From: Gammaproteobacteria bacterium
GTDB lineage: Bacteria; Pseudomonadota; Gammaproteobacteria; Steroidobacterales; Rariloculaceae
Assembly: GCA_036381015.1 (NCBI GenBank)
Contig: DASVDR010000001.1
Coordinates: 5,325 to 69,324, forward strand
Length of the DNA: 64,000 nucleotides
Direction: 5' to 3'
The notes beneath the pieces were generated by a model. It did not search any database, was not told where the DNA came from, and was given only the letters and a program-made list of their open reading frames with translations. The translations under genes were made by a program, and so were the position numbers. Each line of letters begins with the position of its first letter. The first letter of the stretch is position 1. Below are positions 8,170 through 18,479 of this stretch, piece by piece.

Positions 8170-10539
8170 ATGAGCGACAACGAGAAGCACCGTTCGCATC
8201 TTCCGATGCCCACTGCGAAGCGAACCGGTCCGCTGTTTTACGATGCCAAAGACCCCGACGCGAAATGCTCGAAGATCGAGAAACTGCTCCCGCCCCGAAA
8301 CGCCCCGAACGTCCTCATCATCCTTCTCGATGACGTCGGGTTCGGTGCTGCGAGCGCCTTCGGCGGCCCATGCAGAACGCCGACGGCGGAGAAGCTCGCC
8401 GGGGGCGGACTGAAGTACAACCGCTTTCACACCACCGCGCTATGCTCGCCGACCCGGCAGGCGCTCCTCACCGGACGCAACCACCACTCCTGCGGCATGG
8501 GCGGCATCACGGAGATCGCCTCCGGCCACCCGGGCTACAGCTCCGTGCTGCCCAACACGATGGCGCCACTGGCCAAGACGCTCAAGCTCAATGGGTATTC
8601 CACGGCGCAATTCGGCAAATGCCACGAGGTCCCGGTATGGCAGACGAGCCCCGTCGGGCCGTTCTATCAGTGGCCGACAGGCGGCGGCGGCTTCGAGTAC
8701 TTCTATGGCTTCATCGGGGGCGAGGCGAATCAGTGGTATCCCACGCTCTTCGAGGGCACCACGCCGGTGGAGCAGAAGCGAACGCCGGAGGAGGGATACC
8801 ACCTCATGGAGGACATGACGGACAAGGCGATCGCGTGGGTCGGCCAGCAGAGGGCCCTCGCACCCGATAGGCCGTTCTTCATGTATTTCGCTCCCGGAGC
8901 CACTCACGCGCCGCATCACGTTCCGAAAGAGTGGGCCGACAAGTATCGGGGCGAGTTCGATCAAGGCTGGGACAGGCTGCGCGAGGAGACCTTGGCGCGG
9001 CAGAAGAAGCTGGGAGTCGTTCCGCCGGATTGTCGGCTCACGCGTCGGCATGACGAGATTCCGGCGTGGGAGGAGATGCCCGAGGCGCTCAAGGCGATTC
9101 TGTGCCGGCAGATGGAGGTTTATGCGGGCTTTCTCGAGCACACCGATCATCACGTCGGGCGGCTGATCGACGCGCTCGAGAAGCTGCACGTGCTCGATGA
9201 TACGCTCGTCTACTACATCATCGGCGACAACGGCGCCTCTGCAGAGGGCACCATCAACGGCACGTTCAATGAGATGCTCAACTTCAACGGACTGGCCGAC
9301 ATCGAATCGCCGCAGTACCTCATGGCCCGTCTGGACAAGCTAGGCGGCCCCGAGTCATACAACCATTATGCGGTCGGCTGGGCGCATGCGATGTGCGCGC
9401 CTTATCAGTGGACCAAACAGGTCGCGTCGCATTGGGGCGGCACCCGCAACGGCACCGTCGTGCACTGGCCGAATGGGATCAAGGCGCGCGGCGAGATCCG
9501 GTCGCAGTTCTGTCATGTCATCGACGTCGCATCCACGGTCCTCGAAGCCGCAGGCCTTCCCGAGCCCATCTCCGTGGACGGCGTGCAGCAGGCACCGATC
9601 GAAGGCATCAGCATGCTGTACTCGTTCGACGACGCGAACGCGCCCGAGCGGCACGAGACGCAGTATTTCGAGATGTTCGGTAACCGCGGCATCTACCACA
9701 AAGGATGGACGGCGGTGACCAAGCACGGTACGCCGTGGGTTCTGGTCGGACGGAAGACCGTGCCGTTCGACGAAGACATATGGGAACTCTACGACACGCG
9801 CGAAGACTGGAGTCAGACAAACGATCTTGCTCGCGAGATGCCGGAGAAACTCCACGAGCTCCAGCGACTTTGGCTCATCGAGGCGGCGCGCTACAACGTG
9901 CTGCCGCTCGATGACGACCCGGCGCATCGCTTCAATCCCGAAACGGCTGGCCGGCCGACGCTCATCACGAGGAACAGCCAGGTCCTCTTTGCCGGCATGG
10001 GACGTTTGTCGGAGAACTGCGTCGTGAACGTCAAGAATAAGTCGCATTCCGTGACAGCTGAAATCGTCGTGCCGGAGCAAGGCGCCGAAGGCGTGATCAT
10101 CGCCCAGGGCGCGAACATCGGCGGCTGGAGCCTGTATGCGAAGGACGGCAAGCTCAAGTACTGCTACAACCTCGGCGGAGTGAAGCGCCTCTACATCGAA
10201 GGCGCAAGCATTTCAAAGGGCCAGCATCAGGTGCGAATGGAGTTCAAGTACGCCGGCGGCGGACTGGGAAAGGGCGGTAGGGTGACGCTTTACACCGACG
10301 GCGAAAAGGTCGGCGAGGGCGAAGTGTCGGCTACGCTCGCGATGGTCTTTTCCGCCGACGACGGCTGTGACGTCGGCGAAGACAGCGGCGCGCCCGTCTC
10401 CGAGGACTACGGACCGCGCGGCAACATGTTCAACGGGCTCATCAAAGGCGTGCTGCTCGACATCTCGGAGAGGCCTGAGAATATCGCCCACCTCGTCAAG
10501 CCGGAGGAGGCGATTCGCATCGCAATGGCGCGTCAATGA
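8170..10539 (+). CDS. arylsulfatase (type I sulfatase, formylglycine-dependent)
   Basis: The track ORF starts at 7924. I start at ATG 8170 (SD AAAGGAGAA). Motifs are NVLIILLDDVGFG and the sulfatase signature CSPTRQALLTGRNHH (C-x-P-x-R). About 789 aa. Confidence 0.9.
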   Translation: MSDNEKHRSHLPMPTAKRTGPLFYDAKDPDAKCSKIEKLLPPRNAPNVLIILLDDVGFGAASAFGGPCRTPTAEKLAGGGLKYNRFHTTALCSPTRQALLTGRNHHSCGMGGITEIASGHPGYSSVLPNTMAPLAKTLKLNGYSTAQFGKCHEVPVWQTSPVGPFYQWPTGGGGFEYFYGFIGGEANQWYPTLFEGTTPVEQKRTPEEGYHLMEDMTDKAIAWVGQQRALAPDRPFFMYFAPGATHAPHHVPKEWADKYRGEFDQGWDRLREETLARQKKLGVVPPDCRLTRRHDEIPAWEEMPEALKAILCRQMEVYAGFLEHTDHHVGRLIDALEKLHVLDDTLVYYIIGDNGASAEGTINGTFNEMLNFNGLADIESPQYLMARLDKLGGPESYNHYAVGWAHAMCAPYQWTKQVASHWGGTRNGTVVHWPNGIKARGEIRSQFCHVIDVASTVLEAAGLPEPISVDGVQQAPIEGISMLYSFDDANAPERHETQYFEMFGNRGIYHKGWTAVTKHGTPWVLVGRKTVPFDEDIWELYDTREDWSQTNDLAREMPEKLHELQRLWLIEAARYNVLPLDDDPAHRFNPETAGRPTLITRNSQVLFAGMGRLSENCVVNVKNKSHSVTAEIVVPEQGAEGVIIAQGANIGGWSLYAKDGKLKYCYNLGGVKRLYIEGASISKGQHQVRMEFKYAGGGLGKGGRVTLYTDGEKVGEGEVSATLAMVFSADDGCDVGEDSGAPVSEDYGPRGNMFNGLIKGVLLDISERPENIAHLVKPEEAIRIAMARQ

Positions 10540-10802
10540 CGAGCTGAAAGCTTCGTCCCGCCCGCCTGATTCGACGCGAGTCGATGTTGCGGGAGCTGCG
10601 GCAACGCATCCGCGAAGCCAAGGGCCCGACGAGTTGCTCTACCTGCTTACGGACGAAGAAGACGGCGCGCTGCTGCGTCTCGAGCCGGCGCCTTGATCGA
10701 CGCACGATCGACGACGCCTGTATGTGCGGGCCGCGCGCGACTATGATGGCGCCCGCCGCCCACCGGGCGGCGCGGGCTTCAACGACTTGAGAGGAGTCTT
10801 CG

Positions 10803-11303
10803 ATGGCCATCGATGTCTACGATCAACTGGTCACGTTCAACGCGATGCTCGGCAATCTCGACCGGATCCTGAGCAAGGCCGAGGCCGACGCGGAGGCGCG
10901 CAAGATCGATCCGCAAGTGTTCCTGCACGGGCGCCTCGCGCCCGACATGCTGCCCTTCACACGGCAGATCCAGATCATGTCCGACCAGGCGAAGGCCGGC
11001 TCGAGCCGTCTGGCCGGCCGCGAGCCGCCCAAGTGGGCCGACGACGAGCAGACCTTCGCCGACCTGCACGCGCGGATCGCGAAGACGATCGATCACGTGA
11101 AGACGTTCGGGCCCGATCAGTTCGCCGGCTGGGAGACGCGCGACGTGGAGCTCAAGTTTCCGAACGGCACGCTCAGCTTCAAGGGCAAGGACTACTTCCT
11201 GGGCTTCGTGATCCCGAACTTCTATTTCCACTACACGACGGCATATCTGATCTTGCGCCACAACGGCGTGCAGATCGGCAAGCGCGATTACCTGGGCAGC
11301 TGA
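10803..11303 (+). CDS. DUF1993 domain-containing protein
   Basis: 166 aa. Similar along its full length to the DUF1993 pattern (LAPDMLPFTRQIQIMSDQAK ... IPNFYFHYTTAYLILRHNGVQIGKRDYLG). Confidence 0.85.
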   Translation: MAIDVYDQLVTFNAMLGNLDRILSKAEADAEARKIDPQVFLHGRLAPDMLPFTRQIQIMSDQAKAGSSRLAGREPPKWADDEQTFADLHARIAKTIDHVKTFGPDQFAGWETRDVELKFPNGTLSFKGKDYFLGFVIPNFYFHYTTAYLILRHNGVQIGKRDYLGS

Positions 11304-11327
11304 AAGCCCCGGCGCGCTTCGCCGTCG

Positions 11328-11353
11328 GGCCCCGGGGCGGCGACCCCGGGGCT
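11328..11353. terminator. GC-rich hairpin between convergent genes (candidate bidirectional terminator)
   Basis: GGGCCCCGGGG-cggcga-CCCCGGGGCTC gives an 8-10 bp stem and a 6-nt loop. It lies between the stops at 11303 (+) and 11382 (-). There is no U-tract. Confidence 0.35.
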
Positions 11354-11381
11354 CGGCCTCGATGGTGGATGCGCGCGGCCG

Positions 11382-11978
11382 TCAGTCCGCAGGCGTGATC
11401 GTGATCGCCTCCGCGCGGCTGTAGGTGACCATGACCCGATCGCCCGGCTTGAGCGCGGCCACGAAAGCGCGCATCTCGGGCTGCTGCACGGCCACCTCGG
11501 TGGGGAAGCCTTCGGGTCCGCTGATCCGCACGATGTTGCGGGTCGAATCGATGGCCTCGATCGTGACGACGCCGGTATACGTCCGGCTCCGAGTGGCACC
11601 TGGCCGGTTGCCGTCCGAGCCGAGCTCGCGGGTGGACACCGGATCCTCGCCGCCGGCCGGGGCATCGGTGACCTCGGCGGCCACGGCTTCGTAATAGCTC
11701 GACGTGATGCGGTCGCCGACCTCGATGCGCTCGAAATCGCTCACCTCGTCGGGCACGAGGAGCGTCAGCGGCCGGCCCTCGTCAGTCGTGACGCTGATCA
11801 GCCGCGTCTGCGGATAGACTGCGGTGACCGTGCCGGTGACGTCCCGGCGCTGCGCCGTCGACACGGGCTCCGGCGGCGGGGCTGCGCAGGCCGCGAACGC
11901 GGCTGCGATGGCGCCGAGCGCCGCGTGCGCACGCTTGCTCGAAGCTCGCGTGTGTTGCTTCGTCGGTAACGAATCCAT
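11382..11978 (-). CDS. lipoprotein with two tandem copies of a ~55-aa beta-rich domain
   Basis: Start moved to ATG 11978 (SD GGAGG). Lipobox is AAFAAC. The repeats TGTVTAVYPQTRLISVTTDEGRPLTLLVPDEV...GDRITSSYY and TGVVTIEAIDSTRNIVRISGPEGFPTEVAV...GDRVMVTY resemble the C-terminal part of the partial gene at 1..410. Confidence 0.65.
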   Translation of the reverse strand: MDSLPTKQHTRASSKRAHAALGAIAAAFAACAAPPPEPVSTAQRRDVTGTVTAVYPQTRLISVTTDEGRPLTLLVPDEVSDFERIEVGDRITSSYYEAVAAEVTDAPAGGEDPVSTRELGSDGNRPGATRSRTYTGVVTIEAIDSTRNIVRISGPEGFPTEVAVQQPEMRAFVAALKPGDRVMVTYSRAEAITITPAD

Positions 11979-12176
11979 GGCGTCCCTACCTCCGGCGCGG
12001 AACCGCCCGCTCGATGTCCTTGCAGCGTAAATGTCCGTCCCTCGCGAGGGCATTGGTCGAAGGGCGTAGCAAACCGGTGCGGCCGCGCCGAGGTCGGTCG
12101 GCGCAACGGCACGGCGCCCGGGAGAGGTCCTAAAGACGCGCACCGCGGCGCGCGAAGGCGCCGCTCGCAAGCGCGC

Positions 12177-15100
12177 TCACCACATCCGCACGCGCTCGTC
12201 GGGCGCGAGATAGAGCGCATCGCCCGGCTCGACACCGAACGCGTCGTACCAGCCGTCGAGGTTGCGGACCGTCGCCGCGCGGAAGCGCCCGGGGGCATGC
12301 ACGTCGGTGCTCACGCGCTCGCGGAGCGCGGCCTCGCGCATCTGGGTGCGCCACGTCTGCGCGTAGGCGATGAAGAAGCGCTGCTCTCCCGTGAGCCCGT
12401 CGATGATCGGTGCGGGCTTGCCTCCGAGCGACTTCTGGTACGCGAGGAACGCGGCCGCGAGGCCGGCCCCGTCGGCGATGTTCTCGCCGAGCGTCTGGCG
12501 CCCGCTCAGATGGATCCCGGGCAGCGGCTCGTAGGCATCGTACTGTGCCACGAGCGCCTCGCCCTGTTCCTTGAAACGCGCGGTATCCTCCGGGGTCCAC
12601 CAGCTCAGGAGCCGCCCCTGCGCGTCGAACTCGGCGCCGAGGTTGTCGAAGCTGTGGCTGATCTCGTGCCCGATGACGGCGCCGATCGCGCCGTAGTTCG
12701 CGGCCGGGTCCGCGTTCGCATCGAAGAACGGCGGCTCGAGGATCGCGGCCGGGAAGTTCAGCGCGTTCTGGAGCGGCAGGTTCACGGCGTTGACGGTCTG
12801 CGGCGTCATCCACCACTCGCCGCGGTCGACGGGCCGGCCGAGCTTCGCCTCGACGCGCGCGAGCTCGTGCTGCTCCGCGCGCAAATGGTTCCCGAGCGCG
12901 TCGTCGGGCCGGATCTCGAGCGAGGAGTAATCGCGCCAGGTGTCGGGATAGCCGACGCCGACGCGCAGCGCCGCGAGCTTTTCCTTCGCCTTCCGCTTCG
13001 TCGCGGGCGTCATCCACTCGAGGGCATCGATGCGGGCGTCGAAAGCCGAGCGCAGGTTCGCGACGAGCTTCTCGACCTCGGCCTTTGCCGACGCCGGGAA
13101 ATACTTCTCGACGTAGAGCCGGCCGACGGCGTAGCCGAGATCCGCGTTCGTGTAGCTCACGGCACGCTTCCACCGCTCCTGCTGCTCGGGAACGCCCCGG
13201 AGCGTGCGGCCGTGAAAGTCGAACGCGAGGTCGGCGTAAGTCTTCGGCAACAGCGGCGCATAACGATCGAGCGTGTGGAAGCGCAGCAGCGTCTTCCATG
13301 CCGCGAGCGGCGCCTCGCCCACGAGCTTCGCGAGGCGTGCGATCGCCTCTGGCTGCCACACGCCGATGCGCTCTTGATCGGAAAGGCCGGCCGCCTCGAG
13401 GTAGCGCGCCCAGTCGAGGCCCGGCGCATTCGCCGCGAAGTCCGATGGCGTCCATAGCGTGTTCGCCTTGTGCACGTCCTCGCTCTCGACGAGCGTCGCC
13501 TGGGCTGCGGCGATTTGCGTCTCGAGGTCGAGCACGGCCTCCGCGTCCGCGTCGGCGTTCACCGAGCCGGCGGCGCGGAGCAGGGCGGCGACGTAGGTGC
13601 GGTACTCGTCGCGGATGTTCCGCATCGCCGCGTCGTCGGAGAGGTAGTAGTCGCGGCCCGGCATCGCGAGGCCGCCTTGGAGCAGATAGGCGATGTTGTG
13701 CGACGGGTCTTCGAGCCCTTGAGCGACGAAGAGGCCGAACAGGCGGTCCGTCTGGAAGTCCGTGTTGTTGATGGGATCGACGTCGGCCAGGAGCCGGCTG
13801 CCGAGCACGCGCGCAAGATCCGCGCGCGACGAGATCCCCTCGATCGCCGAGAGCTCCGCCTCGAGCGGCTCGAGCCCGCGGCGCTCGATCGACGCCTCGT
13901 CCATGAAGGCCGCGAAATAATCGGCCACTTTGCGCGCGTCGTTGCCCGCGGGCGGGTTCGACTCCCCGGCCTCGCGGATCACGTCCGCCGTCCGGCGCTC
14001 GGCCTTCTCGTAGACCTGCAGAAACGTCCCCGTGCTCGCACGGTCGGCCGGAATCTGCGTCGACGCCTGCCAGCGTCCGTTCGCGAACGCGTAGAAATCA
14101 TCGCCCGGATTCACCGAGCGATCCATGCCGGCGAGATCGATGCCGATGGCCGCAGTGGCGGGCGCGCTGCGCGTTTCGGGCGCGCCCGCACCGGCGCTCC
14201 CGCCGCTCGGCGATCCGGCCGTCGCGCCGCTCGGCGACTCGCCCGCTCCGCCGCTCTCGCGGCTGCGCGTGAGCTCGTCGAGCAGCGCGTCTTGCCCGTA
14301 AACCTTGCGCAAGGCCTCCGTGACGGCCGCGGTCGAGACCGATACGGAGCGGTTGACCGCCGGATCGAACAGGAACGTTCCTCCGAGGCTCTCGATGTTG
14401 CCGTCGAAGATCGCGCCGACGACATTCGCGTTCGCGTCGATGAGCGGTGAGCCCGAGTTGCCGCCGACGACGTCGTTGTCGCTGACCATGTCGAGCACGA
14501 CGCGGTGATCGACGACGCCCTCGGCCTCGACCCACCTCGGCGCGAGATCGTACGGGAACTTGCCGGTCGCCCGCTTCCAGAGGCCGTCGAAATACGTGAA
14601 CGGCGGCACGGTCGTGCCGTTGTCGGTCCAGCCCGCGATCTTGCCGTAGGAGATGCGCAACGAGAACGTCGCGTCCGGGTACGTGCTCGTGCCGTAGATC
14701 GCGAACCGCGCCTTCGCGATGCGCTCCGCCGCGCGGTCCGTCGGCCCCTCGACGAGCGCCTCGTACTCCTTGCGCACGGCGCGCGACGCCTCGTCGGTCT
14801 CGAGCACGAAGCGGATCATCGGGTCGTCGGAGGATTCGACGGCGGCGCGACCGCCGTCCCAAAGCTCTTTTCTATATGCGGCGTCCGCGAGCTTCGAGCG
14901 AGCGAGCGCGGCGGCGAGGTCCTCGGGCGAGTCCTTGCCGAGGAAGGTTTGCGTGGCCGGCGCATCGGCCGTCAGATACTCGCGCAGCTTCGAAAGCCAG
15001 AACTCGAGGTGGAGCTCCTCGAGCTCGGGATAAACAGGCCGCTCGTCGAGCAGCCGCTTCTCGAGCAACGGCAGCCGGCTGTCGGTGTACTCCGGGAGGC

Positions 15101-16334
15101 GCTCTCCGTTCGGCTTCGGCCGTTCCTCTGCGGCGCGCACGAGGGCGCGCGCGTACCCGAAGAGCTCGGAGCCCGAGCCCGCGTTCGACTCGAGGAAGGT
15201 GTAGGGGTAGTAGAGGCGCTTGCGGTCGGCCTGGGCTGCGGCGATGTCGGCCCATGGGTCGCCGATCTCGCCCGCGAGCTTCGGGTCGGCGGCGACCTTG
15301 GCCGCGAGCTCCTCGTCGGCGCGGCGCTTCGTTGCAATGAAATCCGGCTCGAGCAGGGCCTTTTGCATTCCCCGGTACGCTTTGAGCGTGTTCTCCGTGC
15401 CGAAGAGCGCATCCTCGGCGATGCGCGCGTGCTCGGCGCTCTCCTCGCGGAAGCGGATGAGACGGCCGCGCAGCTCCGAGAGCAGGATCAACGAGTGCGG
15501 CAAGCTGAGATCGCGCAACGTCTCGAGCTGCTCGGCCGTGAGCAAGCGCCGCGTCGTGCCGGGGTTCCCGACGACGAAGACGGGCTCGCCGTCGGCCGGC
15601 GCCGTCGTGCTCCAATTCAAATGATCCGGCGACGCGATCGGCCGCCCGTCCTCGTAGAGGCGCACGAACGAGAAGTCGAGGTCGTAGCGCGGAAAGTTGA
15701 AATTATCCGGATCGCCGCCGAAGAACGCGGTCTGAAGCTCGGGGGCGAATACGAGACGCACGTCGGAGAATTTGCGATACGTATACAGCTTGTACTGCCC
15801 GCCGTGGTAGAGCGTGATGACCTGACAGCGATACTTCGCTTCGCGGCCGTCGCAGGCCTCGCGCTCGACGGCGGCGATCTCGGCATCGCGGGCTTTGACG
15901 TAGTCGCTCCCGGTCTTTCCGGCTGCGGCGTCGCTGACGCGCTGCGTCACGTCCGTAATCGACGCGAGAATCTCGGCCTGCATGCCGGGGCAGCTTCGCT
16001 CGCCTTCTCGGCCGTTCGCGACGAAGCCGTTCTTGACGTAGTCGCCGCTGCCCGTCGAGAGGGCCTGCGCGCACTCGCGCACGCAATGATGATTCGTGAA
16101 CACTAGCCCTTCATCGCTCACGAGCGAGGCCGAGCAGCCCGACGAGAGCCGGACCGCGGCGTTGCGCACGCGATCGAGCCAGGCTCGATCGATCGTTACG
16201 CCGTACTTGTCCTTCACCGCGGCGGCAGGGAAATTGTCGAACGTCCACATGCCTTCGTCGCCGAGGACGGCGGGCGAACGCAGCGACGCGGCGGCGATCA
16301 GCATGGCGAACGCGAGCGGCAGCAGTTTCTTCAC
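12177..16334 (-). CDS. single ORF fusing an S46 (DPP7/DPP11-type) serine dipeptidyl-peptidase to an M13 (PepO / endothelin-converting-enzyme-type) zinc metallopeptidase
   Basis: The track ORF is 12177..17342, and its first 336 codons are antisense junk. Start is GTG 16334 with SD GGAGGAGG, giving signal peptide VKKLLPLAFAMLIAAASLRSPAVLG. S46 motifs are DEGMWTF, TNHHC and GGNSGSP. A Gly/Ser/Ala linker follows (RESGGAGESPSGATAGSPSGGSAGAGAPETRSAPATAA). M13 features are GIDLAGMDRSVNPGDDFYAFANGRW, HEISHSFD (HExxH) and a C-terminal W. There is no stop codon between the halves. Confidence 0.8.
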   Translation of the reverse strand: MKKLLPLAFAMLIAAASLRSPAVLGDEGMWTFDNFPAAAVKDKYGVTIDRAWLDRVRNAAVRLSSGCSASLVSDEGLVFTNHHCVRECAQALSTGSGDYVKNGFVANGREGERSCPGMQAEILASITDVTQRVSDAAAGKTGSDYVKARDAEIAAVEREACDGREAKYRCQVITLYHGGQYKLYTYRKFSDVRLVFAPELQTAFFGGDPDNFNFPRYDLDFSFVRLYEDGRPIASPDHLNWSTTAPADGEPVFVVGNPGTTRRLLTAEQLETLRDLSLPHSLILLSELRGRLIRFREESAEHARIAEDALFGTENTLKAYRGMQKALLEPDFIATKRRADEELAAKVAADPKLAGEIGDPWADIAAAQADRKRLYYPYTFLESNAGSGSELFGYARALVRAAEERPKPNGERLPEYTDSRLPLLEKRLLDERPVYPELEELHLEFWLSKLREYLTADAPATQTFLGKDSPEDLAAALARSKLADAAYRKELWDGGRAAVESSDDPMIRFVLETDEASRAVRKEYEALVEGPTDRAAERIAKARFAIYGTSTYPDATFSLRISYGKIAGWTDNGTTVPPFTYFDGLWKRATGKFPYDLAPRWVEAEGVVDHRVVLDMVSDNDVVGGNSGSPLIDANANVVGAIFDGNIESLGGTFLFDPAVNRSVSVSTAAVTEALRKVYGQDALLDELTRSRESGGAGESPSGATAGSPSGGSAGAGAPETRSAPATAAIGIDLAGMDRSVNPGDDFYAFANGRWQASTQIPADRASTGTFLQVYEKAERRTADVIREAGESNPPAGNDARKVADYFAAFMDEASIERRGLEPLEAELSAIEGISSRADLARVLGSRLLADVDPINNTDFQTDRLFGLFVAQGLEDPSHNIAYLLQGGLAMPGRDYYLSDDAAMRNIRDEYRTYVAALLRAAGSVNADADAEAVLDLETQIAAAQATLVESEDVHKANTLWTPSDFAANAPGLDWARYLEAAGLSDQERIGVWQPEAIARLAKLVGEAPLAAWKTLLRFHTLDRYAPLLPKTYADLAFDFHGRTLRGVPEQQERWKRAVSYTNADLGYAVGRLYVEKYFPASAKAEVEKLVANLRSAFDARIDALEWMTPATKRKAKEKLAALRVGVGYPDTWRDYSSLEIRPDDALGNHLRAEQHELARVEAKLGRPVDRGEWWMTPQTVNAVNLPLQNALNFPAAILEPPFFDANADPAANYGAIGAVIGHEISHSFDNLGAEFDAQGRLLSWWTPEDTARFKEQGEALVAQYDAYEPLPGIHLSGRQTLGENIADGAGLAAAFLAYQKSLGGKPAPIIDGLTGEQRFFIAYAQTWRTQMREAALRERVSTDVHAPGRFRAATVRNLDGWYDAFGVEPGDALYLAPDERVRMW

Positions 16335-16796
16335 GGCATTTTCCTCCTCCGCTACGAGAGTATCACGAGCCCGGCTCGCGGCGTCTCGTCCGCGCCCGGC
16401 GCGGTCGGCGTTCGCGGACCCGGTGCCGGTCTTTACTATGTCGACAAGACCAGCGCGCCGGTTCTCGACCTCGAGATCGGCTCGTCGATCAGCGGAATGG
16501 GATGTGACGTCTTCGAGACTCCCTCGCCCTTCTTCGCTCCGCTTTCGCCGGCGCTGCCGAACGACCCATCGACCACGGGCGTATCCGAGCTGTCCTATCA
16601 ACCCCCGATAACGATACGGCGTTCGCAATAATGGCCGAAGTGCTCCGCGTCGAATGATCGACGGCGGAGCCGAGACACTCGGGCGCCCGAGCACCGAAGC
16701 AGGAGCCGAACGCTCGCGCCGCGCGACCGGTGGACGCCGGTCGCGTCGCTCGGCGTAGACTGAGCGCCTGATCACCCCGGAACTCGGAGGGCGCAA

Positions 16797-17327
16797 GTGG
16801 ACGTTCTTTCGCCATCGCCTTACACCTTGATCCTCAACGACCTTCAGCCGATGCACTGGGCCATTGCCGGCGCGGCGATCGGCCTGATCACGCTGTGCCT
16901 GCTTTTCGTCGCGAATCGCCGGCTCGGCATCTCGACCGGATTCGAGGACCTGTGCAGCTTCGTGCTGCGCCGGCCGTACTTCCGGCGTCGCGCGGTCGTC
17001 TCGGGCCGGACGTGGCGGCTGCCGTTCCTCGCCGGCCTCGTGCTCGGCGGCGTCCTGTCGGCCGTGCTCGGCGGCGGGTGGGCGCTCAGATGGGACGCCG
17101 GCATGCTCGACACGGTCTTCGCGCTCGGAGCGGGCGCGAAGCTGATGTGGATGTTCGCCGGCGGGCTGCTGATCGGTTTCGGCACTCGGCTCGCGGGGGG
17201 CTGCACGAGCGGCCACGGCATCTTCGGGCTGTCGAACGCCGAGGGCTCGGGCCTTGCGACGACACTGGCCTTCATGGCCGGGGGCGTGCTGACGACGCAG
17301 CTGCTGTATCGCGTCGTCGCAGGCTGA
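16797..17327 (+). CDS. YeeE/YedE-family sulfur-compound transporter component
   Basis: GTG start 6 nt after SD GGAGG. 176 aa with the conserved LAGGCTSGHG motif. Confidence 0.85.
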   Translation: MDVLSPSPYTLILNDLQPMHWAIAGAAIGLITLCLLFVANRRLGISTGFEDLCSFVLRRPYFRRRAVVSGRTWRLPFLAGLVLGGVLSAVLGGGWALRWDAGMLDTVFALGAGAKLMWMFAGGLLIGFGTRLAGGCTSGHGIFGLSNAEGSGLATTLAFMAGGVLTTQLLYRVVAG

Positions 17328-17343
17328 AAGGGAGCAATGCACG

Positions 17344-17790
17344 ATGACGATGCTCTATCTCATCCTCGGCACGCTGTTCGGGTTCGTCCTGAGCCGCTCG
17401 GGCGCCGGCGACTACGACATGATTCAGGGCATGTTCCTGTTCGAGCGTTTTCAGCTCTACGGGGTCATCGGCGTCGCGATCCTCGTGACCGCGCCGGGCC
17501 TGTGGCTGTTGAAGCGACGCGGCCGCTCGCTGCTCGGTCGCCCGCTCGAGCTCGAGAGCAAACCGCGGCATCGCGGCAACATCGCCGGCGGACTTTTGTT
17601 CGGCATCGGCTGGTCGATCACCGGGATGTGCCCCGGTCCGATCCTCGTGAACATCGGCGAAGGCAAGCTGTATGCGATCGCCGCGCTGCTCGGCGCTCTG
17701 CTCGGCGCCGGCGCTTTCGGTACGCTGTACTCGCGGCTCGAGCGCGCGTTCGCGCTGCCGCCGCTCGTGAAAGGCACCGGCGACGGTTGA
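17344..17790 (+). CDS. YeeE/YedE-family partner membrane protein (second half-transporter)
   Basis: 148 aa, starting 17 nt after the previous gene. Motif GWSITGMCPGP is typical of the paired YedE-like half. Confidence 0.8.
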   Translation: MTMLYLILGTLFGFVLSRSGAGDYDMIQGMFLFERFQLYGVIGVAILVTAPGLWLLKRRGRSLLGRPLELESKPRHRGNIAGGLLFGIGWSITGMCPGPILVNIGEGKLYAIAALLGALLGAGAFGTLYSRLERAFALPPLVKGTGDG

Positions 17791-17937
17791 GCTCGGCAGT
17801 GCCGATCTCCGCCGATGGAATCCGCGCCGCACGGCCGCGCGATCCCGCCGAGCACCGCTTCCGCCGGCCGGCGGGATCGCCGGGCACTCATCCTCGAGCG
17901 CGCTGCGCCGGAGCTCGGCCGGCGCCGATTGCCCACG

Positions 17938-18315
17938 CTATGCTTTCTTCGGCGCTCTCTTGGACACGATCGGCGCGATGATGCCCGTGTAGATGATGAC
18001 GAGCGCGCCGCCTATGGTGGCGGAGTACGGCACGACGTCGAACGCGCCCGGAGTGGTCATGGCCCAGATCACGAATGCGATCGTGGTAATGATGAGCTGC
18101 CAGCCCTGCTTCACGTCCTGGCCGTATCGGAGCCACACGGGACACAGGACGAGCAGAACGCCGAAGATGACCCAGTACACCCAATTCGGCGTTTGTGCGT
18201 TCGCGGCGAGCATGCCGTTGAGCGCAAGATAGACGCCGATGATCTCGGACGGAATGTTCTTGAGAAGGCGCTTACTGTATTCCTGTTCGTCCTGCTGCGT
18301 AATCGCTCTCGCCAT
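17938..18315 (-). CDS. hypothetical membrane protein
   Basis: 125 aa, SD GGGAGGGA, four hydrophobic segments. Its GC content looks lower than the flanking DNA. Confidence 0.55.
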   Translation of the reverse strand: MARAITQQDEQEYSKRLLKNIPSEIIGVYLALNGMLAANAQTPNWVYWVIFGVLLVLCPVWLRYGQDVKQGWQLIITTIAFVIWAMTTPGAFDVVPYSATIGGALVIIYTGIIAPIVSKRAPKKA

Positions 18316-18479
18316 GGTTTGATTCCCTCCCTACCATTTGACGTTCGTTCAAGCAGAGCAGTTGCCCCGACGCGACGATATCACAAGCGGATGGACGAGT
18401 GCTTGCCGATATTAGAGCTTGAACTTATCTCGAAATCGGCGAATTCTATAGGGCCCGGTGCGGTTACTTTTTATCAGCT

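Noticed and set aside
8170-10539. An arylsulfatase with no adjacent formylglycine-generating enzyme or anSME maturase.
   Set aside because: Maturases are frequently encoded elsewhere in the genome, so this is not anomalous on its own.
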